From Psammoneis japonica (Eukaryota), in NCBI GenBank assembly GCA_008632985.1, contig QPGO01000287.1, forward strand, positions 62,001 through 84,054: a DNA stretch of 22,054 bases. The letters run 5' to 3'. The translations under genes and the position numbers were made by a program. The notes below the pieces were generated by a model. It ran no database searches and was not told where the DNA came from. It was given only the letters and a program-made list of their open reading frames with translations. This document shows positions 1-10,060 of the stretch, piece by piece; position 1 is the stretch's first letter, and the number at the start of each line of letters is the position of its first letter.

Positions 1-1551
1 CTGCAGATGATGAGTCTGTTGGTGAAGGAACTCGTGGTGAGGAAATGCCAAAGCTGAAAGCACAGAAAAATGCAAAGCAATTGCCCTTTCATGGACAGTG
101 TGTGGCCACATCATTGTTTCTCATGGATGCAGTGAACTTGGGAAACTCCTTCAACATCACCAAAACATGTGCACCTTTTGGAAATGATCTTGAGGCCTGC
201 ATGCACCAACGTTGGTGCTGCAAAAGCTTTCCTTGATTGTTCTCCAGACAAGAAACAACCACCTCAAAAAGCTGAGAAAGAGCCATTGGCTTTGGTGATT
301 GACAGTTTTTGTCATCCATGGGTCTTCTGGGACAAGGAAGTCAACATTTCTCACCTGTTTTGCAGGTCATGCTTGCTTGGGCAGATGCTTTTCCAATGTT
401 GCTCTACTTTGTGGGTCCAAAAGCTCAAAGACAATCATGGGTGATCCAATCCCATCTGAAATGAAGTGCTGCAATGTGCTGGATGATGGTGCAACTGTCA
501 TCAAAGAGGAAGCCATGGTGATGTGCGGAGCCAGTTGGAGAAATGTCTGTCAAATGTCAATCTCATTGTCATGGATGACTGTTCTCTGTGCCATCAGATC
601 TCAGCAAATTCACTGGCACATTGGTTGTTGCTGCATCACCAAGCTTGCATGTAAAGAATCTCACAGATTCCATTGTTGATCATCATGTGTGTTGATGCAT
701 CCCTCACTGGATGAAGAATCTGTGATGCAAGAAAATTTTGGGGCATGTGGCAGGAATTGCTAACTGTCTTTTTGAGCCTGCTTTTGCCAAAGAACAAAAG
801 GCAGAAGAGAGTGTTGAAGAGGTGACTGCATGACAGATCACAAGGATGGCATCACTGCAGGCATCAGGCAGGGCAGAAAATTGTGTCATGCTTCACTCTC
901 TTGTCCTGTGGAAGGTTGGCAGTGATTTTATGACCATGCCAAGCTTTGAGTTGGTTTCATGGTTCAGGGAAAAGCCAGCAGCCAACAAACTGTGTCTTGA
1001 GTCTGTGGGCAAACTGAACAGTGCAAGGCAGGATGTGGCGCCGCTCTTGGGGGGCGAGGGTGTGCAGGTGCTCTCTTTGAAGCACTTGCCATTTGAATGA
1101 TTCAAGTGGGATGGTGCTCTTGATGTGCACTCTCTGGAAGATGGCAGAATGGTCAAAACACTTTGCATCCCACCCTTCAACTTAGATCCAATTGTGATGT
1201 TCATGTCTCCAACTCAGAGTCAGGGCAGTTTTCAATGCATCTCCTGTTCCCCACTGTGACCAACTTTCCAACGTTTGATTGTTTCTACTTTTGTGCAACT
1301 GGTGAGGCATTTTTGCTGCAAATGACTGTCACAAGAATCCATGACTTGAAGAACAGTGGTGCTGCCAAGACCAAATGCTGCTTTGACAGGATGCTCGGAG
1401 CTCACCACAGGCCCAAATGATGTCTGGCTGTGTTTGTTGTGCCAGCCAACATGTGGCTGCAGGATTCATAAAGCAGAAAGTTGCTGGGACAGTCAATGAA
1501 AAGAAAGCAGATTTTAGGCCCTTTTTTGAACAATGGGTCATTGGAGTTTGA
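1..1551 (+). pseudogene. Decayed Crinkler/RHS-type (CR) P-loop NTPase + restriction-endonuclease-like gene, 5' part outside the window
   Basis: Reading across frameshifts: MHQRWCCKSF (cf. YxRxCY); Walker A-like FVIHGSSGTRKSTFL (~308-352); AGALFEALAI (~1064-1093); LLFPTVTNFPTFDCFYF...FLLQMTVTRIHDLKN (~1240-1355); ending ...FEQWVIGV-TGA at 1551. Motif order matches CR-protein NTPase+REase architecture from memory. Multiple frameshifts and stops. Confidence 0.65.
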
Positions 1552-1635
1552 GGCATCTGCTTGTGTGTTCCCATGCTGCACCAACCTGATGTGGGGCATC
1601 TGCTTGTGTGTTCCCATGCTGCACCAACCTGATGT
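1552..1635. repeat. Perfect tandem duplication, 41-bp unit, 43-bp period
   Basis: ggcatctgcttgtgtgttcccatgctgcaccaacctgatgt at 1552-1592 and 1595-1635. Confidence 0.95.
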
Positions 1636-1782
1636 TGTCTCCATTGCTGGAGTGAGACTGGGCCTTTGAATCTCCTCATCATCAATTCTAACATCAATTT
1701 GAAGCCACAAACTCATCAAGAGGAAGAAGAAGAATTTACACCCTCTTGGGTGCTGCCGGCAAGACTGCATCTTCGCAAAGAA

Positions 1783-2181
1783 AACTTTCCAAAATTTGAT
1801 TGTCTCCACTTTTGAACAACTGGCAAGGCATCTCTGCTGCAAATGACTGTTGCAAGAGTCCACAACTTGAAGAACAGCAGTGCTTTCAAGACCAAGCTCT
1901 GCTTCAATGGGAGGTGCTCTGAACCGCTCACCACCAGCCCAAGCAACACCAGGTTGTTTTTGTTGCGCCAACCAATGTTGCTGCAGGGTTCATGAAGCCA
2001 AAGTTTGCTGGGGCAGTTGACAAAAAGAAAGCAGACTTTGAGCCCTTTTTTGAACATTGGCTCATTTTGGAGTTTGAGGAGGAGCCATTGTTGTTGATGC
2101 ACTCAGCATGTGAATTTGGAGAGCCACTCACAAACTCATCAAATGTGAGGAAGAAGAAGGAATGCACACACTCTTGGGTGC
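1783..2181 (+). repeat. Diverged direct duplicate of ~1262-1753 (nuclease-like 3' end of the CR-like pseudogene plus downstream flank)
   Basis: Shared anchors in both copies: aactttcca..tttgattgt, gctgcaaatgactgt, acttgaagaacag, aagaaagcaga.ttt...cccttttttgaaca.tgg, cacaaactcatcaa, ctcttgggtgc. Confidence 0.9.
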
Positions 2182-2372
2182 AACAACAGCGAAACAGCAG
2201 ATGTGTGCCACCAGCACCACTGATCCACTGTTTGCTGTGCACAACAGGAGCTGATCTCTATTCAAAAGAAATGGAAAGGAAGAAGAAGAAATGTGCGGCC
2301 CTCTTGCTGAGTGCAAAGGCAGCAAGAAGACAGCAGAGTCAACACCACATGCCATTGATGCCACCAGATAAC

Positions 2373-2764
2373 CCCACTCCCAGCGCGAACCATGCAGTGG
2401 TTCGCCGCGCGAACTCACGAATGCGCGCGATTCCTGCCCCGAACCATCAAGTGGTTCGCGGCAAGCCAAAAACGAACCGATAGACGATGGGTAAAAGTGT
2501 AAAAGATAATGAGATATCTACAATAACATTACATCAGTCGATACAGCAACGTCTGTTTGACAATAAGTATGCTTTATTTTAGTGGTTTACTATGTTCTTA
2601 AACTTCTCCGTACTGCTACCGTCTTGTTCATCGTGAGCCTCATTTTTCTGGTTCAATTTTGCATTCGACCCTCTGGTACAAATTACCACGTATATTTCTA
2701 CGCTCGTCCTCCCGAACCACCTCATGGTTCACCAATTCTACGGGGCTCCCGGTACTTATCTACG
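2373..2764. mobile_element. Terminus of a young insertion, likely a DNA transposon, cut off by the assembly gap
   Basis: Abrupt switch to CG- and TA-rich sequence at ...ccagataac|cccactcccagcg, absent from the equivalent site at 3043/3044. Three palindromes GAACCA-N5-TGGTTC at 2387-2403, 2441-2457 and 2714-2730. No transposase or second end is visible. Confidence 0.6.
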
Positions 2765-2766
2765 NN
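2765..2766. other. Assembly gap (NN)
   Basis: Two N bases in the sequence. Confidence 0.98.
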
Positions 2767-3581
2767 GATGCACTCAGCATGTGAATTTGGAGAGCCACTC
2801 ACAAACTCATCAAATGTGAGGAAGAAGAAGGAATGCACACACTCTTGGGTGCAACAACAGTGAAACAGCAGATGTGTGCCACCAGCACCACTGATGCACT
2901 GTTTGCTGTGCACAACAGGAGCTGATCTCCATTCAAAAGAAATGGAAAGGAAGAGGGAGAAATGTGCGGCCCTCTTGCTGAGTGCAAAGGCAGCAAGAAG
3001 ACAGCAGAGTCAACACCACATGCCATTGATGCCACCAGATAACACCAGTGATCCACTGTTGAGGACAGTTGGTGCCAAGTGTCGGTGTGCTCAACAGTGA
3101 TCTTGTGCACTTGGAAATGAAGGCCTCCACACTGGTTTTGGCACCGCCTGCCGGTTGTTGAGTACATGATCGTTTCAGACATGGACGCATGTGCTCTTGG
3201 CTTCGTTTAATTCGAGCGATCCATCTAATGATCCGAAAATGTCCCATGTGCTTCGGAGATCTTTTTGCTTTGCCGGCCCATGAACATGACGCTTTGATTT
3301 TGACCCACACCCCTCGCCGATCCACTGCACTCTAATACCCCAGCTCCTTTGTTGTCGTTGTGTATCTCGATAGGTAAGATGTGATGGAGAGAGTGGCTCG
3401 CAACTGCAACGAGAAACAAGAAATTGATCATGGAAGCTTATGGCGCTTGCTTCGTGTGGATTGTTCGTGGTGGATTGCCGTCTTTACTTTTCCACGTGTG
3501 ATTATTCGGCGACTCTCACACTGAAGTTCGATTTGTTACCCCGCTACATACGTACAGGTCATTCTCGAAACACAGTTCATC

Positions 3582-5372
3582 ATGGTGGAAACACAAAACC
3601 GCAAGCGCACCCGAAGTCAAGACGAAGATTATCACGAGCCTTCTGATAGCAATGCTCTCGTGGAACACGCGGAAGAAGCATTGGAAACGGCCAAGCAAGT
3701 CCGCGCTCACGAGAACAAGCAACGTCGGCTCGAGTCATTTGCGCGCAATCATCCTCCGTTGGAGACGCTGGATGGCTTAGTCTTGGAAAGGATCTTTCTC
3801 TACCTTGACTCTCCACGCGATGTGCAGTCCTTTGCGTTTTGTGCCAAGTACCTGCGAGCCTGTCTGACACCCGAGATTATCATTCGCTCGGCCGTCTTTG
3901 CGGGAGGCACGTCCCGTATTGCCATTAGTTCCATTATCCGCTGCGTTAGGAACAGGTCGATTCATATTCCTTCGACTCCTCGACTGCATCGATTGGTGAA
4001 TGCTACGAAATGTGAGAGAGGCGACCAGTGTTTTGCGTACAACCATCAGACAAAGCAGCCAAAGCGCATTGCTGACAGCGGGATGCGGTCATTTGGGCTT
4101 GCAGTTTGCGATGACTGCGTCAATAATACTTCTCATGCGGCAACCGTTTACCATAGACGGCTCGACAACGACAGCGACCCCTTTCGTTTTTTATCGGAGC
4201 ACTACGTGGAGGCAGTGATAGGCCATAAAGCGGGGCCAGTCATCTCAAACCTCCAAGTGAAGCAAGCTCAAGCCACGTATCCTCGTGATCAAGTCCAACA
4301 AGCTCTCAACGATTTTTTTGAGTCGGTTGACGAGGCAGCGGACGTACAAGATGCGGAGCGAGGCAAGAACTCTGTCTTTGACATTGCAGAAAGTCAGTAC
4401 GATGCATTTGAGAAATCCAAGGAGGATTTACTTCTGCAAAAGCAGCAAAAACGAGCAGCCTTGCGAATTGAGAAGCGACGGGCCAGCGCAGAGTCCATCT
4501 ACCAGAGACTCCAGTCTCTCGTAAAAGGACATGACCGCGAGGACCTCATTCTTGACTGCGCTTGGACGTACGATGGGTATTGCCACTTCAGTAATGCTGT
4601 CGTGGACGGAGAGTTAGGGGAGCTGCTTCGGGCTCCCACCCAAACGACTTTCAAAAAGCTCACGGCTGCGGTGGACCGTGTGAAGGAAGCCATGGACTTG
4701 CTAGCTTCTCACGGTTTTTTCTCTGGTCCCAATTTTCTGCCTTTTCTTTCTGGCGCAACCCATCAAAAGGTATTGCGTCAATTCTGTTTCTCTCTGTACA
4801 AGTACCGCGAGGTAAACGCTTTGTTAGGGCTGAACACGCGCACGTTGAGTGTATACCGCCTAGCGCTTGAACGCCTCAGGGGAGGAAAGCCTTTCGATGC
4901 ATTGCTTGTCCTCCTTGGGCCACGTAGTGTTGGTATGGCTCTCGCAACAAGTATTCGTGGCACAGATCTTGTGCCTAAAAGTAAGATCAGGATTCTTGTG
5001 CAGAAGGTATGGGACCGCAAGGTCCGTGCCCTGGTAGACATCGATTCGGAAACCAAGTACCGCGTAAAGCATCGGGAATGCTTGCGAGAGTGCAGAACAC
5101 TTCGTTTGGCCATCATCCATTATCTCGAGGATCCACTCACAGTGGAGTTTGTCAACCAAACGGATCCTCCTCCTCATCGTCCTCACCAACGATTCACTAG
5201 GCAGGATGCGGTGAACAAGATTTTTTCTCTCGAAGGAAACACCCTCCGACATTTGCAGTCTCGCAACTTTGCCGCGTTGCGACGCCTTCATCGTGCCGAT
5301 TTTTTGGGACCCAACTTTGTCCAACTCCCTGCTGGCGTGTTTCTTAGTCGAAGACCATCATCATTTCGATAG
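3582..5372 (+). CDS. 596-aa hypothetical protein with N-terminal F-box-like motif
   Basis: Long uninterrupted ORF with normal codon and dinucleotide use. PLETLDGLVLERIFLYLDSPRDVQSFAFCAKYLR is F-box-like. Cys cluster CERGDQC...VCDDC and a predicted coiled coil (EKSKEDLLLQKQQKRAALRIEKRR). Confidence 0.85.
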   Translation: MVETQNRKRTRSQDEDYHEPSDSNALVEHAEEALETAKQVRAHENKQRRLESFARNHPPLETLDGLVLERIFLYLDSPRDVQSFAFCAKYLRACLTPEIIIRSAVFAGGTSRIAISSIIRCVRNRSIHIPSTPRLHRLVNATKCERGDQCFAYNHQTKQPKRIADSGMRSFGLAVCDDCVNNTSHAATVYHRRLDNDSDPFRFLSEHYVEAVIGHKAGPVISNLQVKQAQATYPRDQVQQALNDFFESVDEAADVQDAERGKNSVFDIAESQYDAFEKSKEDLLLQKQQKRAALRIEKRRASAESIYQRLQSLVKGHDREDLILDCAWTYDGYCHFSNAVVDGELGELLRAPTQTTFKKLTAAVDRVKEAMDLLASHGFFSGPNFLPFLSGATHQKVLRQFCFSLYKYREVNALLGLNTRTLSVYRLALERLRGGKPFDALLVLLGPRSVGMALATSIRGTDLVPKSKIRILVQKVWDRKVRALVDIDSETKYRVKHRECLRECRTLRLAIIHYLEDPLTVEFVNQTDPPPHRPHQRFTRQDAVNKIFSLEGNTLRHLQSRNFAALRRLHRADFLGPNFVQLPAGVFLSRRPSSFR

Positions 5373-5607
5373 TGGCATATTCTTCGTGAGATTCGCCACC
5401 GTCCAACACCACTTCCAGCGATTTCTTTCGTGATAGTGTTTGTTTCTATCAAAGGCGTGCATGTCAAGCGGTGATTTCTTTCAGGGCTAAGCATCTGTGA
5501 ATTTTCAACTTCTCGTTTCAAGCAACAGTACCGTCGACTTTTTGTCGCAAGTGTGAGCATCAGAATGATTTATTCGTGAATTATAATCTGACATTGTTAC
5601 CAGTGCG

Positions 5608-5889
5608 GCAGTCTATCATAGCTTGTTGTTGCGTTTTCTACACTCCATGTCATTACACAATTTGCCAACATTGTGCTTTCCTCCTTTCCGTCAGCGCCTC
5701 CTCAAAGAGATGACTGCATTGCTGGGCACATCCACCAATAAAGTAGACTTTGTGGCTCCCTCAGAACTTAGATTCTCACCCTGGGTGGGAGGGTCTTTGC
5801 TGGGGTCTCTATCTGATTTCCAAAACTTTTGTATTGCACAAGAAGAGTGCAAGCAGTTGGGCCCCACCATTGTTCATCACAAATGTTTT
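5608..5889 (+). pseudogene. C-terminal fragment of an actin-like gene
   Basis: AVYHSLL...FANIVLS (frameshift) QRLLKEMTALLGTSTNKVDFVAPSELRFSPWVGGSLLGSLSDFQNFCIAQEECKQLGPTIVHHKCF aligns with the actin C-terminus (NIVLSGG...[46 protein letters not shown]). No N-terminal part upstream. Confidence 0.85.
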
Positions 5890-5972
5890 TTTCTAGTAGA
5901 GTCTTGCTTGTCCGCAAGTCGATCCGATCCTAGCTGGTACAGCAGTACACGTGCAGTAGCTAGCTAGAAGTA

Positions 5973-6243
5973 AAAAACCCAATCCTAATTTAAAGTGCTA
6001 TTACACCTTTGCCCAGCAACACCGGCGCCGGCTAACCCACACCTCCAGTACACTTGACTTGCAAGTGCGGCAGAAGTGGATGCGATTAGCCTGAAACGGC
6101 GCCTCCCGGAGGAGACGCCCGACGGAAATAACTGGCAATGGTGCGTGTGCCACGACGCGCCAGTTTCCTGGCCTCCTTCAAACTTTCTTTTAATCGGGGA
6201 CGAACCATAGCGATCCAATTCTGAATTCGAACCGTTGTGAACG
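5973..6243 (-). mobile_element. 5'-truncated non-LTR retrotransposon (LINE) 3' end with 11-bp target-site duplication
   Basis: Direct repeat agctagaagta at 5962-5972 and 6244-6254 flanks a 271-bp segment that is absent from the paralogous site (~17100-17125). The minus strand encodes IQNWIAMVRPRLKESLKEARKLARRGTRTIASYF, resembling from memory the C-terminus of diatom non-LTR element ORFs, followed by a short 3' UTR. Confidence 0.7.
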
Positions 6244-6596
6244 AGCTAGAAGTAGCTAGACGAATTGCCAATGTCTATTCGTCAAACGTTCGGGCCCGGA
6301 GAGTCTCGATTATCCACCCCAGTAGGATCCCAAGAGCACAATAGAAGATGACGGGTTGAGTCCCTGGTAGTGGCAAGGCGGCGAGACAATTGAATGAATT
6401 GAAACACGAATCATACATGACTAATTTTTATCCCTCCCAACTGTTCTGACAAACTCAGTGCACAAACCCCTTGTAGTTCGCTGCTGTGTGGGTCCAAGAC
6501 CGGCCAATTTTCGTCCAATCACCCCAAAGGACCTTGAGAAGAATTCATGGAATATCTCAAAATATAAAATGGCTCTTCTTCTTACAGATTCAGTTC

Positions 6597-7694
6597 TCAA
6601 AACAAGGCTTCCCATTCATTGTACGTAGTTGGGTCCTCCAACTTGTTCGTTGCTTCCTCGCAGAGCTTCTTGCTTCGTTTGTGGGCTTCTACGTGCTTTG
6701 GTGGCAATCCGACTGGCGCTACTAGTCCCGCGAACTCCGTAGTGAAGAGAACACGACCACCAGTTGCTTTCATAGCATTGATAATAGTATCCCGGCTGTA
6801 TCCTTCGCCCAACCGGAACAAGAGCAACTTCTTGCTCGCCACCGACATGACATCTCCCAGCTTTGCAGGGGGGATCCGCACACGAGTTACGGAGAGTTCT
6901 CGCAAATGAAGACATCCTTGGAGAATGGCTCGGACCCCCTTTTCAGTAGCTTTCTCGTGGAAATCGAGATTGAGGGCTTGCAGATTCGGGCATTCTCGTG
7001 CTATCGTAGCAAATGCTTCATCCGTCAGACAGGAGCCACGAACTGTGAGCTCGCCAAACGTACCCTCCAAATTAAGGCATCGGAGCTCAGGCATCCCCGG
7101 TGATGAAAAAAGGAGGACAACGTCTTCGTCCACGAAATAGTGATCTTGAATCTCTAACTTGACCAACTTCTTCAAATTTGACACTTCCAACGCCAAGGCG
7201 TCGCACGCAGCGCGTGGCCAAGGGCCATGATCAGACGCATTTCCAATCACAACATAATTAAGCACCAGCTCTTTGAGGTTTTCCAAAGACTTCAAAATGA
7301 CTGTCAGTTCCTCGACTTTGGCAAATGCCACATTTGCGAAGACTAGCTTTTCCAGAGTCTGGATGCGGGCCAGGGGACGCAAGGCCTTTCCATTGTTGAT
7401 CATCTTTGACACTTGCGCAAAGCAGCAATCCTCGGCCTCCATCTCGAAAGAGATCAGTTCCTCTTGGCCTCGCAAAAACTTCTCAAGAGCACCGGGGCTT
7501 AACTTGGGCGAGGGGGTCCTAGCCTCAATTCCTTCCATGTGGTCCATCGAGCTGCTGGCACCCAAGGTCAACTCCTGAGGGAAAAACATCTTCATGTGCT
7601 TGATGTTTTTCACGTTGATGCTGTTGAGGATGCTGTCAAGATTGTCTCCATCATTGCGTGGGTCGAGAGTGAGCGTGTTGCCTAAGAGTCCCAT
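6597..7694 (-). CDS. 365-aa leucine-rich repeat (RNI-like) protein
   Basis: Intact ORF with LRR units LENLKELVL, LKKLVKLEI, ELRCLNL, LTDEAFATIARECPNLQALNL, ILQGCLHLRELSV (cysteine-containing LRR type). Confidence 0.9.
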   Translation of the reverse strand: MGLLGNTLTLDPRNDGDNLDSILNSINVKNIKHMKMFFPQELTLGASSSMDHMEGIEARTPSPKLSPGALEKFLRGQEELISFEMEAEDCCFAQVSKMINNGKALRPLARIQTLEKLVFANVAFAKVEELTVILKSLENLKELVLNYVVIGNASDHGPWPRAACDALALEVSNLKKLVKLEIQDHYFVDEDVVLLFSSPGMPELRCLNLEGTFGELTVRGSCLTDEAFATIARECPNLQALNLDFHEKATEKGVRAILQGCLHLRELSVTRVRIPPAKLGDVMSVASKKLLLFRLGEGYSRDTIINAMKATGGRVLFTTEFAGLVAPVGLPPKHVEAHKRSKKLCEEATNKLEDPTTYNEWEALF

Positions 7695-7859
7695 GCTGGT
7701 TGCAGTTTGTTACGTAGGGGATCGGATGAGAGGATCAAGATCGTTCTGATAAAAATGCGATCTTCAATCCAAATCTTCGCGACGCTCCATGCTAGCTACG
7801 TGCCGCACGTGCGTGCGTGCGTGCACTCCCAACTGGGCGGTGCCAAGCCAAAAGCTGCA

Positions 7860-9480
7860 GCTGGGAATGGAGAGATGCCTCTCCATGCAGCCGCAGCCTG
7901 TGGCTGTGCAAATGTTGTCTCGGCTTTGCTGGAGAAAGTTGAATGTTTGCCTGAAGAAGACCTTGCTGCCTTGGATGAACACGGTGATGTGCCGTTGCAC
8001 GCTGCATTGCGAATGAAAACTTTGAGTGTCTTGAGCTGTTTGTGAAGAAGCTCCCGCCAGAAGTTTTTTTGAGTGACAAAACAGTGAACAAACAAAGGGA
8101 CAACATCTTGGCAGCGTTGGTGCGATGCACTGATGTATGCTGTGATTGTGAAAATTCTGAAGCCCGTGACTCAGGATCATTCAGAATGTTGAAAAAGTTG
8201 CTCGGCATCATCAAAAAGAATCACCTGCACAGTCCACACTTGCTCACAAGAGTGAAATCAAGGAACATGCCATGGCAGTTGCAGCAGCATCTGGTCATTT
8301 TTTAAGCAAAGGAGATTTCAAAGCTGCAGTTTTGTGCAGAGCGGAGTGTCACCAATGTGTGCATTGAAAAGAAGGGGGGTCTTCCAAGGACCCCTCTGGA
8401 CCTGGCAAAGGAGACAAAGGCCATGTTGGAGAGAAACGCTGCCAAAAAAGAGTTCTTTGAATGTGGTGTTGTTGTTCCTGAGTTTTGGGAGACTTGTCAT
8501 TTTTCAAACTGGCTTGAGTGAGGCACAAATCTGACTGTGGATCTGCTTGAGAAGTTGGGGCAGGTGAAAATGACATCTCTTGCCACTTCCATGTGCCACG
8601 CTTGGCCAGGTGCATGCGCAAGTCAGAAACAAAGGCTCAGCGTTGCTGCGGAAGATTTCAAAAACCGACACACCTCCATCAGGAACAGCAGAGGCACTCC
8701 CTCAACTCAATTTCACCAAAAAGGACGTGTGAAAAGGGTGACAGAGGTTGGTCAAGCAATTCAACAGCAGGTCAGAAATGTGGTCTGCAACCCTGGTCCC
8801 ATCCCTCAGGTGAAAGCAGCACTCATTGGGAATCCAAAAGATCCTTGCATTTGGACTTCTTTTGATTTGTGCTGCAGGCAGTGTGGGCTGTTCGTAGATG
8901 GCTTCACACCAATGAACACAGTCGTCTGTGTGCACCTTGGACTTGTGCACCGTGAGAGCAAATTTGGTGCATGCGATCCTGACCCTGAGTGTGCTGTCCA
9001 GATGGAGACATGCAACGAATGCATCAAGTCTGATGGGGGAAAGCCACATGCAGATGCACACATGCTTGATGCAGAGAAAGTGTGCAATGAAGGTTCGCTG
9101 ATGATGCCAGGTTCAATGTCATGGGAGAGGACAAAATTCTTTGAACCAAAAATGCAGATTTTCTCAAGGTCATCATTGACAGGTGGCCGCATGTCTTCAT
9201 TTTGACAGTCAAGGACACAAATCCTTCAGAAGGGGGGTCAGAAGAGCTTCTGATTGACTGTGGGTTTCTTTGCTGGGAGAAACATGAAAATGCAAAGTTG
9301 AGGAAGTGTCTGGAAATTTTTGGAAGCCAGACGCATGGAGTTGGAAGCAGAGAACACTCATCTGCGAACATTGAAACAGAGTTAGAACATCAGGATGTGG
9401 CCACTGTCTCCTCTGTTGAAGCTGTTGGCAGTCTCTTCACTGCTGTGTGTAATGGAAGCGTTCACTTTTCTTCTTGTTGC
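7860..9480 (+). pseudogene. Decayed ankyrin-repeat gene with an unidentified C-terminal region
   Basis: GEMPLHAAAACGCANVVSALL and DEHGDVPLHAALR (cf. ankyrin GxTPLHxAAxxGxxxVVxxLL), then a PLDLAKE-like motif near 8392-8415. Coding-like frames with shifts continue to ~9480. The 3' extent is uncertain. Confidence 0.65.
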
Positions 9481-9596
9481 TGAACAATTTAGGTTGAAGA
9501 AAAAAGCAAACACCTTTCCATGCGTCTGTTGCCATGTTTGAGCAAAGCATGGATGTCAAAGCATTGGCCAAGCATGTGCACCCAAGTGTTGCACTG

Positions 9597-9696
<100 letters not shown>

Positions 9697-9769
9697 AGAG
9701 AAGTGGCTGAACCAACTTGGCAGCAAACATCTTCTTAACTCCGCTGTGTCCAGAAACAAATGTCAGTTT

Positions 9770-10060
9770 CTTTGGTGCTGCACTGTGTCAACACTGTGGC
9801 AAAACCAACAGGAGACTGTCCCACACTCTCAGCAGTCTCATGCTGTCCTGTGCATGTGGCAGGATGACAATGCACCAATGACCCCCACTGAAAACAACTG
9901 GATGTTGTTCTTGTGCCTTGCACTGTGTTCCGGGCAGCAGCATGCTTGATGCTGTCCTTGAGCACAGGCTTGAAGCTTGCCAGCCAACTGTGCAAGTGGT
10001 GAGCAGAGATTGCTTCACATCTGTCCATCAGATGAATTTGATGCTTTGCCATGTTGTTGT
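9770..10060 (-). mobile_element. Decayed LINE 3' end, distantly related to 5973-6243
   Basis: Minus-strand LHSWLASFKPVLKDSIKHAAARNTVQGTRTTSSCF parallels IQNWIAMVRPRLKESLKEARKLARRGTRTIASYF. The downstream UTRs share ctg..g.gtgtggg..ag and ..agcac motifs. No TSD identified. Confidence 0.55.

Larger units (their letters stand above)
2096..3043. repeat. 277-bp near-identical direct repeat (2096-2372 and 2767-3043) straddling an NN gap; probably two haplotypes assembled in tandem
   Basis: The copies differ at only about 5 positions and the second starts immediately after NN at 2765-2766. Copy 1 continues into an insertion; copy 2 continues into TG/CA-rich flank. Confidence 0.85.
1..3110. other. 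CpG- and TpA-depleted (TG/CA-rich) hypermutated domain, left
   Basis: CG and TA are rare throughout except in the insert at 2373-2764. ORFs are Cys/His/Gln/Trp-rich with almost no Tyr and end mostly in TGA. Normal composition resumes at about 3110-3200. Confidence 0.9.

Noticed and set aside
2096..3043. LTR pair or giant target-site duplication around the insert
   Set aside because: The second copy starts exactly at the NN gap and lacks TG...CA ends or a PBS. Haplotype overlap in the assembly is simpler.
5623..5967. Functional 114-aa actin-like gene
   Set aside because: Only the C-terminal part of actin, with a frameshift after NIVLS and a non-ATG ORF start.
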